This document shows, piece by piece, positions 11,098 to 23,500 of a stretch of 36,841 nt of DNA. Each line of letters starts with the position of its first letter. Position 1 is the first letter of the stretch. The translations under genes and the position numbers were made by a program. Source of the stretch: Catajapyx aquilonaris (taxonomy: Eukaryota); the NCBI GenBank assembly GCA_000934665.2, contig KZ539005.1, forward strand, positions 1 to 36,841, read 5' to 3'. Below the pieces are notes generated by a model. It saw only the letters and a list, made by a program, of their open reading frames with translations. It was not told where the DNA came from and made no database searches.

Positions 11098-11384
11098 TTA
11101 TTGTAGGCTACCCCGTGATGACCTTTACGTGTTCTATAGGGGGGTGGTATACCACCATTTTTCCTCAATTTTCTAAGTTAACTTCAGTCACTCCGGTGCA
11201 GGGAAACAAGGACATTGGGTAAGGATTGGGATTTTTTGGGGAGGAAACATGGGTGCAAGGTGCAATGTCGTAGTTATGGGTCATGTGCTGTTCCCCAGGA
11301 GGTTATTAGGTTGCCGACACCTCCTTGCTTGGTGTAGGTCAGACTAGATCCTCCTGACGCAGGCGAAAGGTAACTCCCAGGCGG
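11011..11384 (-). mobile_element. 5'-truncated SINE with long (TAA)n tail
   Basis: Flanking TSD AAATCAAAT (11002-11010, 11385-11393); (TTA)n about 11017-11097; shares the ACGACATTGCAC(C)TTGCAC core with the SINE at 31798-32142. Confidence 0.7.
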
Positions 11385-12121
11385 AAATCAAATAATATGT
11401 ATACACAATACAACTCCTTTACAGTGATTTTGTAAAGGGCATTATTCCAACTATTTGAATTCCATATTGCAACAATGTGAAGCGATGGGTGAGTAACAGG
11501 TGAGTTTGGTGTAGTGCACTGTGACTTTTACAATAAAACTGCTATTTGACATTTTTGATAGAGAGCACCATTTGAATAATATTCAGTTTTTCTTGTGTCC
11601 TGAAAAAAAGGGTTAATGGAATCTAGCCCTTTTCAAAATCACTGGTTCAATTATTATTAGTGATTTTTCTTCTCTCAGGAAACCTTATGCTAATAAGCAC
11701 TGTCTTGAATGTTTAACACCTATTTTTTCCTCTTTCAGGCACTTCAAGTTCCATTAAAATTGGTGGAATATATGGCAGGAGCAATTAATTATTTTGTATT
11801 TGTTGTGGACTGCAAATTATTAATACTTATGCAGCATATGAAAGGCAATGTGAGAGAGAAAGGTGGTGTAGAGCTGTTCGATTCGGAGAGGTCAATGACA
11901 TCCGTTCCATAAACTGTGGTAAACCCTCCCGGAACATTTTACCCAACTTCCGGAACAGCACTTCGTAATATACACGACAGGCTGCCGGATTTACTTTCCC
12001 GTTTAGTCTCGAAAGCTTTGAAAATGGAACAATCCTATTTTTTGAGCAGAAATGAATTCGGAAATTGCCGACCCCTTTTTCAACACCGTACCCTATAAAT
12101 TCTCACCCACGTACGACGTAC

Positions 12122-12290
12122 CTTATCCAACAAGTACGATCTCAGGTCGGCAATAATCTGCCTTCGATTCAGGGCAGGTGATACTACGATTCTCAATGCG
12201 GGGGACGGTGTACGGCGACCTTCCTTTCTGAACGAAACACTCTCCTCCTCCGTATGAAGGTAAGAAGAAAAAATAGGCAAAGATGGCGGC
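12122..12290 (-). other. Putative non-coding first exon (5' UTR)
   Basis: ATG-free on the minus strand, CpG-rich, ends at donor AAG|GTACGT (12121), lies directly downstream of the motif cluster. A compatible acceptor sits 12 nt before the Ubc9-like ATG (TTTTGTAG, 4993). Confidence 0.45.
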
Positions 12291-12440
12291 TCAAAATCGA
12301 ACACAACCTGGTTGGTTGAACGCTCGGCCAATGAGGTAGAAGCTTTCAGCAGATAAGAATGAAACTCCGCTTCTCATTGGCCGAGAGTCATTACGTCACC
12401 GATTCTTCCAGAAATATCGATACATCGATACATCGATACA
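12280..12440 (-). promoter_or_regulatory. Housekeeping-type promoter cluster for a minus-strand transcript
   Basis: DRE TATCGATA at 12415-12422 plus two CATCGATA repeats; TTACGTCA (CRE-like) at 12391; CCAAT at 12328 and ATTGG at 12376; YY1-like AGATGGCGGC at 12281. Confidence 0.6.
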
Positions 12441-13444
12441 TTTAGACTATCTGTAAATATATTGCACTTTTTTTTTGCGGATCGTAGTTAATAGAGGTGG
12501 TGCAGGGAGGGAGGAAGTGGAGGAGAGTGTTAAGTTATTAAATATAATTATTGCAAATAAAATATCAGATACAGATGAGATACAGAGTCTGACAACAGTG
12601 TGTGCTAGTTGCCAGATTTAAGGACGTCTAGTCACATTACGGCAGATTTCATGCAATAAGTAACGGACTTTGAAGCAAACTTATTGGCTGTCATTGTCAC
12701 AATTAGAATTTTGCTCGGATCGAACTACTGTATAACAATATATAAATTATGCTTGTACGATTCTGAATTATGCACGGTAGAGAACACAGCTATCTATAAC
12801 CAAGAGCTCTTGCTATAACCGAAACCAGCATATATTAAAGGCTGTCGCAGGACGATCCACTTAATTAAGTCGAGGACTTGCTGTACAATATTGCATGGCC
12901 AAGCAATTTAGCTTATATGCTCTCTAAAATTTATTAGAAAGTCGATATTTATTTATTGGGACGATTATTTTTATCCCGCAATTTCTCTTTGGCGCTCACT
13001 TGTCTCCGCCGCGCAGGCGCTAGAGAGTACCCACTCTATTAATCAGTGAATCTGTACAGTTACGAAACCACATTTTGACCGGCTGTTTAGTGCTACCCAT
13101 ACATACGAACGGTGGATTAAACAACGTTAAAACTCACCATATGGAGTTAAATAACTGTTATAAAAATTAATTGTAACAATCTAATCTTATAATTCCATAA
13201 TTCTGTCACACAGTAAAGGGTCGGGCCATTTATGATCATAACTGTACGCAGATCTGACTCGATGGAGACCATCACTCCTGTCGGTCTGTCGCCCACAACG
13301 CCGGTAGGTTGGCTCCGGGTGATCAACGTGGCTGCCTGCATGGCAGCAAAGTCTGTCAATCAGCTGCTTTGAGGACGGCACAATCACATTTTGGACTCAG
13401 GTGCATCATAAGTACCGAAAGGAACCTACCTACCGCGCTAGGAC

Positions 13445-13474
13445 ATGAATCGATCCATAGTTCACCTAAGTCTG
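13445..13474 (+). CDS. PDIA5: PDIA5 exon 1 ([10 protein letters not shown], first half of signal peptide)
   Basis: ATG at 13445, donor CTG|GTATGT at 13475, acceptor TTGCAG ending 13546; splicing gives a continuous hydrophobic signal peptide. Confidence 0.75.
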
Positions 13475-14483
13475 GTATGTACTGAGTCTTATGTTGTCAC
13501 CTGTACAGTCTCGTACCTTGCAGTACATAAGTGTGATGATTTGCAGGTCATACTTCTTCTAACGCCGCCACCTCTTGGGGCTAGAAAAGATGCTGCTGCA
13601 AGTGCTTCATCCAAATCTGCCGCTGTGGAGGAGGTGACGGACATCAAGGAATTCAAGAAGATGCTTAGGACCAAGACGAATGTATTGGCATACTTTGCAC
13701 AGTCACCGAGACTGGGATTGCTCAAGGTTTTTAGGGAAGCAGCACAAGAATTCAGGGGGTTTGGGACAGCCTTGTATGTCGACTGCAGCGGGTAAGAATA
13801 CGATAGGTTTAGTTCCGTAAAATAGTCGCCAATTCTCGAGCGCTTTGTAAATGTGACTATTACTATGCAAAAGTACATTGGAAAGTACATTGAAGCATTC
13901 GTCGGTATCACTTATTATGGAATATTTGCGTGTTTATTGACGAAGAACACTACTGTGGGGCATAGCGATGAGTCTGAAGGGTGTGGCAAATGCAATTACA
14001 GGGCGAAAAACCATGTGAAAGTGTCACTTTAGGTAGACTGGCCAGACATTTTCAGGTCAGGGAGTTGGTTCATTGATTGTCTGGAAAAATTGGCCAAATA
14101 TTTTAGATATCAGTTGAGAAGTGTGGCAGCTAAATGCTGATTATTGGGGAGGTGGAGTGGTGCTGCGGTAACGTATGCGCCCACGGATGTTAAGGTCCCG
14201 GGTTCGATCCCAGCCCGGGGACACCCCCTTCATCTCGTGCAGAGTTAAGCGGTCGTCTCTGGCTTCGTCTCCGGTGGCATCTCCGAAAGACTAAGCCACC
14301 CGGGGAGTTCACAAAATGTACCACACCAGTCATTGCACTTGCGCATTGCACATCCCCTCCTGTCACCTTCCCTATCACTCGCGGTACCCGGGTGTTGCGG
14401 CAAAAGGACCAACCGTACTAGCTCTACTATTAAGCAAAAATAAAGGTCCTGTGCAGGCTGCCCATTGGGCGGAGCACTAAACC

Positions 14484-14550
<67 letters not shown>

Positions 14551-17500
14551 AATGCTGATTATTGCTTTTCTGCACTGCCTTCTCTCTGAAATTTATTTGA
14601 CGAACCCCTCTTTGCTATGCCCTGATGTCATAGAGAAATTTAGGTAGTGGTACAGTACCAGTTTATACATTCCTAAGTTACCACATTTTAAATTATTACA
14701 AGGTTCAGTCGGAAAATAAGTTTTGCAGGGCTACAGTTTCGACGCCATGTGACAGACAGAGTAGCAACAAGCATGAGCAGGGATGTCAGACCTACCGGTA
14801 CTTTGTAGGACTGGTAGGAACCACCTTGCAGCTTTTGCACAGGTGCGGCAACCGTGGGATTAGACCAAGTTGCGAGAAGAGTGTGCCCACCCTCATTCCG
14901 CCAGGAGAAGTCATGGCAGACTGGTGTGTGTTGATCACATGGACTAAGCCAGAAATGAGGACACTTGAGGACACTGTCGGTAGTGGCCATGGCGGGTCGT
15001 CTTGGCCTCTGGTTTCCTTCACTCTTGAGCACGCATCATGAAATTGCTGGCACCATCGTCACACCATTTCCTCAGACATGACATCCAGACCATACACCAG
15101 CCAGTGTTGAATGTCTTATGTCATATGTCTGATGTCAACCACTCGTAGCGAACAACTGCCCTCGCTTCTGCCGTAGTCCATGTGACCAACACTCATTTGT
15201 CCGCCATGACTTCTCCTGGGGAACTTGGGTGAGCACACTTTGCTGGCAACTTGGTCTCATCTGACAGCTGCCCTGTCTGCACATAAGCTGCAAGGTGGCA
15301 ACTGTAAAGTAGCGGAAGGATCGATGTCCCTGCTCATGTTCGTCTTTACCCCGTCCCTCGCATGGCATCAAAACTGGAGCATGGCGAAACTGATTTTCCA
15401 ACTGGCCCTCCTGCTACAGGGACTATTCGGAAAATAAGTTTTGGGATGCTACAGTTTCGACGCCATGTGACGGACAGAGTAAAAACTAGCTTGGGCAGAT
15501 ATGTTGATCCTTCCTCTACTTTATATGACGGATAGGTGCCTTCTTGCAGCTTATGAGCAGGCGTGGCAGCTGTTGGATGAGGCCAAGTGGCGAGCTGAGG
15601 GTGCCTGCCCACATTCCACCAAGAAAAGTCATGCCAGACAGAGAGTGTTGGTCACATGGACTGGGGCAGATGTTCGCTACCAGTGGTCGACATTTGGCAT
15701 GCGACGGACATTCATCGCTGGTTAGTGAATGTATGGTCTGGAGATGTCATGTCTCAGCAAATGATGCCAGCAATTTCGGAATAAGCTCGCAAGGACAACC
15801 AACTACTGCCCACGGCAATTACCGACAGGGTTGTGAAGTGTCCTCCTAACTTTTGCCTTACTCCATGTGACCAACACTCTCTGTCTAGCATGACATTTCC
15901 TGGCGGAATCGGGGCAGGCATGCTCGGCTCATCACTCGGTCTTGTCCGACGGCTGCCGCACCTGCCCACAAGTTGCAAGAAGGCGCCTACCCAAGGGTGA
16001 AAGAAATAAGTATATTTGGGAGTTATCCGAAGTGACAGGCAAGTCGCAGAAAAGTATTAATTTATTTCTCGAAAAGTACATCGATTTCAACAAAGTCTTC
16101 TGGCAGGGTTCTCAAGATTGTTATTTAGTACATTGTAACGTATTTCATAATTAAATCAGCCTAACATTTGGCCGGTAGTACTTGGATTTTCATATTTTAC
16201 AGCGATATATTTGGAAATTAATTTACGGACTTATAGCCAAGGAAAATTGTTTCCAATACGTACGCTGTGTTTTGCATTAACAGGTTAGCTGTTAGTATTT
16301 GTAAAATATCTTAACCTTACCTTCAGAGTACTTGCAAGTTGAACAGGAGGGAAAATCTAGGCGGAAATGTAGCGGGTATACTGTGCAGCTATCTTTTTGG
16401 AAATCAATTTACGGACTTCTATGCGAGTAAAATTGTTTCCAACACGTGCAGTGTGTAGAGCAGGGCTGTTCAACTGACAGACCGCACCGCGGTCCGGATC
16501 CGGACCGCGACGATATACAAGAGAAATTACTAATTCAGGATTTTTTGGAAAAAGGGCTACCAATTTCATCAAATACACATCCATTCAAATCTCCCACATT
16601 CACCTAAGCTCGTGTGACCTTGCTCCCCGCCCTTTATGATTTGTTCCCCTTGTGCTTATGAAATGGGCTCCCCTCCAAAATTTCTTCTGCCTACGTGCCT
16701 GTACAGGACATAAAAGAGCGTGAATGTAAAAGTATAGCTGTTACTATTTGTAAAATATATTGCCCTTATTTGCATGTGGAAATTAAGCAAAAAGAGATCT
16801 AGGCGATGGAGGTATAGCTGGTACCGGACGGTCGAGTTCTCATTGCCTAGATTCTAGGTGCCGAAGGGGTTAAGGAAATGACCACTGTCACAAATGTAAA
16901 TGTGAATATCTTTGTAACTGATAAAGTTATCTATATAATCTGCACATGGATATGCAGAGGAAGGATGAGGGTACAAACCTCAACAAGACATTTGTTGGGA
17001 AAACATTAAATCGCTTCTGATAATATGACAAACCTCAAAAACTGTCACAAAGTCTCACCCCCCCCCCCCNCCCCCCCCCCCCCCCCCCCAATGGTAATGT
17101 TTAAGATTTATTGCCATTCAAAACCTGAAATGATTTTTTTCCTGATAATTTTGATCAACAGCAAATTGATGACATCTAAGAGTAACAGTAATAATTGCTT
17201 AATAATAAGCCATTTTGTGCCAAAAATTTGCTAAACACTATTGAATTGACACACACGCTTTACTTGCACATGTCATTATACTGCTGTACTTCATTGCTGT
17301 ATTATTAATTTTGTTTCTTGCTGACAGTGAGGGGAAGAAGCTATGCAAGAAGCTGAAGGTGAACCCACAGCCACATATCTTAAAGCATTATAAGGATGGG
17401 GAGTTCCACAAGGATTACGACCGAAAAGACACAGTTCAAGCCATTGTCAACTTTATGAAGGATCCCACCGGCGACCTACCTTGGGAAGAAGACAGCATCG

Positions 17501-20500
17501 CTGATGACATTGTTCATATTGCTGATGGAAATGTAAGATTCTCCGCATCGATGCAGCTAACTTTGTCCTGCATTGCTAACTAACATTCTGGTACCACTTT
17601 GATAGTGTGACAGCTCTCCCGCTAAAGAGCGGGGAGCGACCACGAGGTGCATCAAAACGGCCATCTTGGGCCTTTCCCAGAGCACCTTTTTTGTGCCCTA
17701 CATTGGGTAAAGCCAAGTGCGGAACTAACCCCTCGGAAATCTGAACCTTAAAAGGTCCGTTTCCTCTCCCCGGTACTCAGGACACCTATCCAGGTTCAGT
17801 CAGGGTTCAGTACACCCGAGTACCTTTGAGGATGCTAGGCTAGGCTAACAAAGCAGAGCAAAGCGGGGGGTGGGGAGGCTGCTGTGGTCTGAAATGACCT
17901 TGCAGCCCCACGCTGGGCGCCAGTTTCGCGGTCAAAGGTTACCATGGGATGTTCAGTAACACACACGACACCTTCCGCTACTGTGCAACCGTGGTTTATT
18001 GACCTAAGGCGGATACATTACCAGTACATGGCACGAAACCCCGGGAGAGTCGCTCACAAGCGTCTTGCTCCTCTGGTCGTCTTTCGCTCTCTCTCCCCGC
18101 CCGCTCTCCCCGGCCGCCCACTCCTACTTCCTCCTACTCCCCTCCTGCCCCCACTTCCAGAGGGCCAACAGGACAAGGGAGGAAACAGGGGGAGAGGGCA
18201 AATCAAGCTGTCACAATAGAAAAGCTTCCCAACTGTACTAGGATTTACCACATATGCAACAGTGTAAGTTTGTGTACTTCTCTTCCAGTATTTGGTGAAA
18301 TTTCTACGCAAGGAGCAAAAGCCAGTCATGATAATGTTCTATGCCCCATGGTGTGGTTTCTGCAAACGTCTCAAGCCAGAATATGCTGAGGCTGCAACTG
18401 AACTGAAGGGGCATTCTGTATTAGCAGCCATTGATGTTAATAAGCCAGAAAACACAGTTGTTAGACAGCAATACAACATCACTGGATTCCCAACATTGCT
18501 GTACTTTGAGTGAGTACTTGTGCTTGTTGCTTTGAGATTGGATTTTCATTTACCTTCTCTTAGGCATGGTCATTTGAAGCATCGATATGAAGGTGAGAAT
18601 AACAAAGCAGCACTTATTGAATTTATGAAGAACCCAACAGCTGCCCCAGAGAAGCCAAAGGATGATGATTGGTCAGAAGAAGATAGTGCTGTGGTTCACT
18701 TGACAACAGACACATTCGATCCATTTATTAGGGCAAGTACATTAAGATGTTGATGCCTGTGGAATGACCCCAATCAGGAAATACTGGCATGCGGGAGGAT
18801 ATGAATCTTTTACATAATACTGTATTTGAGGGGTGTGGTGGAAAAACATAACAACCCTCATTTATGTCATTTTTGACCTGAACATTAGCAACTATGTAAA
18901 AGACATGACAAACAGTTTGGTATACTCAAAGTTAACGTATCATGCAGAGACAGCCACACAGACTAGATCAACACCCTCATTCCATATGATTTGTGAAGGG
19001 AGTGCAAACTTCAATTCGCTCTCCTGAAAAATTACACTTTTGTGAGTTGTCACATTTTTTTACCACACCCCTCATGTGAGGGAACACATTTGTATAGTGT
19101 TATTCAACACTCTGATGGTGCAAGCCATATTTACAATGTATTATCTGAGTGCCTCTTAATCACACACAGCCAATAATCAATACTTTATGCCATCTTCTAA
19201 ATTTTTGCTTAATCTGGCTAGGATATGCCACAATAAAGCATATTTACACTTCATACATGCTAAGAACATTGGGCAAGGCATAAAAGTATTCGATTTTCAC
19301 GTGAAGAATACGTACAGGTACGCAACTTTTTATTATAAGTACAAGTACTGGTACTTAATAGGCACATGGTTATACAGTAAAACTTCTAAAAGTCGAATCT
19401 CCATGGGACCGGGAAAAAACTTCAAGTTATAGAAGATTCGAGTTAGAGAAGTTTGGAATTTTTAAAGCACAGAACTCTAAAATGAAGCCTACCATTATAT
19501 CCAGCGACAAAAAGTGGTTAACACTTAAAAATAACTGTCACTATCACACTTTTGTTCATGTTTCTCATTGTTTTGTTGTAAAAAATGTCTGTTACGGACA
19601 TTTGCCTACTCTTAGATCCAAGGATTCAATTGTCTCAACAGAGTCAAACACTTCTTTAGGTACGTCTGGTAGATGGAGATCAGGAAATTGAGCCTTTCTG
19701 TACATGTGGCCTACTCTCGACCCTTCTGCTGGGAAATGAGAAAATTTTCCTTACTCGCCAACATGAACTTCGACTTAGGGAGACTGAAAATGCATTGATA
19801 TCCCATCGTAAGGCCCTGCCTGCACTTCGAGTTATGGAGAACTTCGAGTTATGGAAATTGGAGTTAGGGAAGTTTATTTCCTATTATTTTACATTGTGAC
19901 CAACCAAGCTCATCATTTTATTCGACTTATAGAGAACTTCGACTTAGGGAAGTTTGACTTATAGAAGTTTTACTGTATTTGGAGCAAATGTAATAAAGAG
20001 ATAAGTGATACCACAAATGATTGAAGTTACAGTTAACAATTGCACAGAGTTTTACCATGCTCCCAGTATTTATTGACTCTTAGTAAACACTTTTTATTGT
20101 TCTTGCAGGATGAATCATCAGTATTGGTGATGTTCTATGCCCCATGGTGTGGACATTGCAAGAAGATGAAGCCAGAGTACTCAGCTGCAGCTGCTCAGCT
20201 AAAACACAAACATGTATGTATGTGTGCAAGTTGGGATTTGTCAGAGTGCCTGTAGTTGTAATGTCTTAAGAATTGGAATGCATCAGCAAAATGGTGGGAT
20301 GCAGCAAGACAATGGGTGTCTCTTTCTTTAGCAGTAGCATAGCAGTACTGATACTTAGCAGCTGCTAACCTCCTGCTTAGTGCTAAAAATGTAAATTTCG
20401 TAGTACTTCTATTCTTTTTTATTTTTGTAAGCAGCTGCGAAAGGCATAATCAACCTGAGAGGGGGCATGTCAGCACCTGCGCAGTGCATTAGGAAGAGAT

Positions 20501-23500
20501 TTGACATCCTCAGAAGGTTGTCATTAGTGCTTCTACATATCCGGACTGTCCGGTATCCGGATATCCGAACCTGAATCCGAACCCTCTTCCCAGATCCTCA
20601 CTATCCGGATAGTGTCGGACGGTCCGGATAGTCCGGGTTTCGGATCCGGTCCGGGTAGTCCGGGTTTCAGATCCGAAACTTTGTAACTATCCGGATCTTG
20701 GGTTCCGTATCGTGGGTGTAGGGTAATAAAAAGAGTTCATACATGAGACAGTCTCTTCTTTAGTCAGAGAAATGCCAATAATTTCAATTACATTCACAAC
20801 ATACATTATGAAATGAAGACTATTATAGCTTCCATAGTACCGGTGAAAGAAAGTGCAGTGTTACCTAGACGTAATCGAATTTATTTGACTTATTTCATAG
20901 AAATAAACCCTACGATCCTAAGCCCACACATGAAAAAATAATAATGAGAAACCCGGGATTGAGGTACACTAGGCCTTTGGGATGGACCATTTGACTGGAG
21001 GTTTTTACCTGCCTCCAATAAATGGGTTTTTAATTATGCGAATAAAATGAGGGGTGTGGGGGAAAAACATGATAACTGACAAAAGAGTAATTTTTCAGGA
21101 GAGCGAATTGAAATTTGAATTTGCTTAACAAATCATAGGGAATGCTGGTTTTGATCTAGTCCGTGTGGCCGTCTCATGCATGATACATGAACTTGGAGTA
21201 TACCAAACTGTTTGTCATGTCTTATACATAGTTGCTAGGTGTTTAGGTAAAAAATGACAAAAATGTCAGTTATCATGTTTTTCCCCCACAGCCCTCAAAT
21301 ATGCTCATTTCTCACAACAAACGTTCAATCCGGATCCTCAGATCCCAATGGGTACAAAGTGTCTCGGACCGGATCCGAAACCCGGAATATTCGGACCGGA
21401 TCCGAAACTCGGACTATCCGGACCATCCGACACTATCCAGATAGTGCGGATCTGGGAAGAGGGATCCGAAACAGGCTGGGATATCCGGATACCGGACAGT
21501 CCGGGAATCCGGATAGATGTTGAAGCACTAGTTGTCATGTTTTGCTCATTATAAATGGCGAGATACCTGTTGTCAAATGCACCGCATATGAAGGGCTCGG
21601 GAGAAAAACGTGATAACCCCCAATGAAAAATGCAAAAAGTTCTTGGCCTGATTTTTTTCAGAGGAAGCAAATGAAGCACAGGTGGTGTCCTCTGGTAGGG
21701 AGTACCTTCATAAGCATATTAGGGAATTTTTTCCCACCTGCAGAGAGAGTCACTCACTGGCAGTCAGCCTGTGAGTGAGCGAGGGTACTCGGCGCCCGTT
21801 GAATTTTCATTCCCCATGAAAGTGACAGAAAAACTTGAACAGGGTATGACTTGTCACCAGTCATCACAGTGTTCAGGAAGTCCGGATCACCATTTGAGGA
21901 GTCCAGAATGTCCTGTGAGACGTGCAGCTCCATTGGTAGGTAGCTTTGGCACGAATTGAACATCTCAGGAATAAAACAGCATGCGGCAGTGGGCTCACAG
22001 GATGACTATTAGCGACTGGTGCTCTCTGCAGGCTGGAAAATATTCATGAATACTCATGAAGGTACTCCACACCTACCTACAGAAGGACACACCCTGTGCT
22101 TCATTTGTTTCCGCAGGGAAAAATCAGGCCGAGAACTTATTACATTTTTCACTGGCGGTTTTCACGTTTTTCTCCCGAGCCCCCCATATGACAATACCTC
22201 ATCATTGTGTGGGCCATATTGGTTACAATTAAAGCCCAGATTTTTAGGCACGAAAATACTCTTAAATAGGCACCAAAATTTTACTTTTGCGGCATATAGA
22301 GGATAATGTTACCAAAAAATCTAATGAGATGGGAAAATCACGCGAGCATGATTCGATGAGACTTTTTATCATTGTTTCATGTATGAGCATGTGAATCTAT
22401 ATAGAGTAAGGAGCCCAAATTCGACACCCTTACGTTGTTTTCCTCTTGTTAGAAAATGGCTGAATGCAGCAATGTAAGGAAAATGAATGCTAATACATTG
22501 AACATTTACCTACTTTTTAGTACTAAAAACTTGTCGATGTGAACTAGCAGCCACAGTAGAAAGTTGTCATGTTCCTCATTTCAGCTACCTAAGGCGTTCC
22601 TAATTTCGGATAGGGCCCTACCTACCGTTCTATCATGCTCATTTTGACAGTTCCATTTATTTCACAGAAACTACTCAAGAAAGAAGTCACAGAAAAGGTT
22701 TGTGCATCTGTACTACCTGCTGTTAAAACGTTCTCGTATGATTGTATTATTATTCAACGGCATAATTTTTTATTTTTTTTGCATAGGAAAACTTTTCATT
22801 TTCATCACGCAGATAAACTAGTTTTCATTGTATTGTTATTAATCAAGCTTTTTAAATCATTCACAAATTTAGAAAAAAAATTTTTGCACCTTTCCTCCCA
22901 TTAAAACGCAGGTGTCGAAATTAGGAACACTTTTCTTGAAAGTGAAAAAATGGGTGTTTTCACTTTTTCCATTTTGTGCTTTTTCCTATAAATTATTTTA
23001 AAATTTTCATTGCGGGACCTACTAGTTTATCTGCGTGATGAAAATGAAAAGTTTCCTATGCAAAAAAAATAAAAAATTATGCCGTTGAATAATAATACAA
23101 TCATACGAGAACGTTTTAACAGCAGGTAGTACAGATGCACAAACCTTTTCTGTGACTTCTTTCTTGAGTAGTTTCTGCGAAGTAAATGGAACTGTCAAAA
23201 TGAGCATGATAGAACGGTAGGTAGGGCCCTATCCGAAATTAGGAACGCCTTAGGTAGCTGAAATGAGGAACATGACAACTTTCTACTGTGGCTGCTAGTT
23301 CACATCGACAAGTTCCAGCATGATATCGAAACTTTAAAACATGCAAATAAACAGTGTAAGCAACATCATAGGCTAAAATAAATTATTGAATAGCATAGCT
23401 AAATTATTGATGGGAAATTATGGCCAATAGTAGCATGCGCTGCAGTCCACCATGTGTTTAAAAACAAACTGGTGTCAAAGGTTGCTAAATGCATGGATGT

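Noticed and set aside
10925..11176. Poly-Leu ORF
   Set aside because: Translation of a SINE (TTA)n tail.
7044..12098. Twin 60-aa ORFs at 7044 and 11916 as a small gene family
   Set aside because: Non-ATG starts; explained by the local duplication of probable intronic sequence.
14147..14215. tRNA gene
   Set aside because: A/B boxes are followed by a SINE body, simple-repeat tail and TSD; no complete cloverleaf.
17058..17089. Poly-C tract / poly-Pro ORF (also the N-run at 34994-35003)
   Set aside because: Contains N; assembly gap, so length and frame are unreliable.
17596..18224. TIR element (TGTGACAGCT / AGCTGTCACA)
   Set aside because: Only a short imperfect match and no TSD; probably TE-derived but not classifiable.
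18349..18363. WCGFC as a novel active site
   Set aside because: The first PDIA5 domain is known to deviate from CGHC (human CSMC), so this is not unusual for the family.
21254..21679. Pro/Gly/Arg repeat ORFs
   Set aside because: Translations of CCGGA subterminal repeats of the hAT element.
22635..23207. Mirror ORFs MLILTVPF...
   Set aside because: Products of the inverted repeat; no protein signature.
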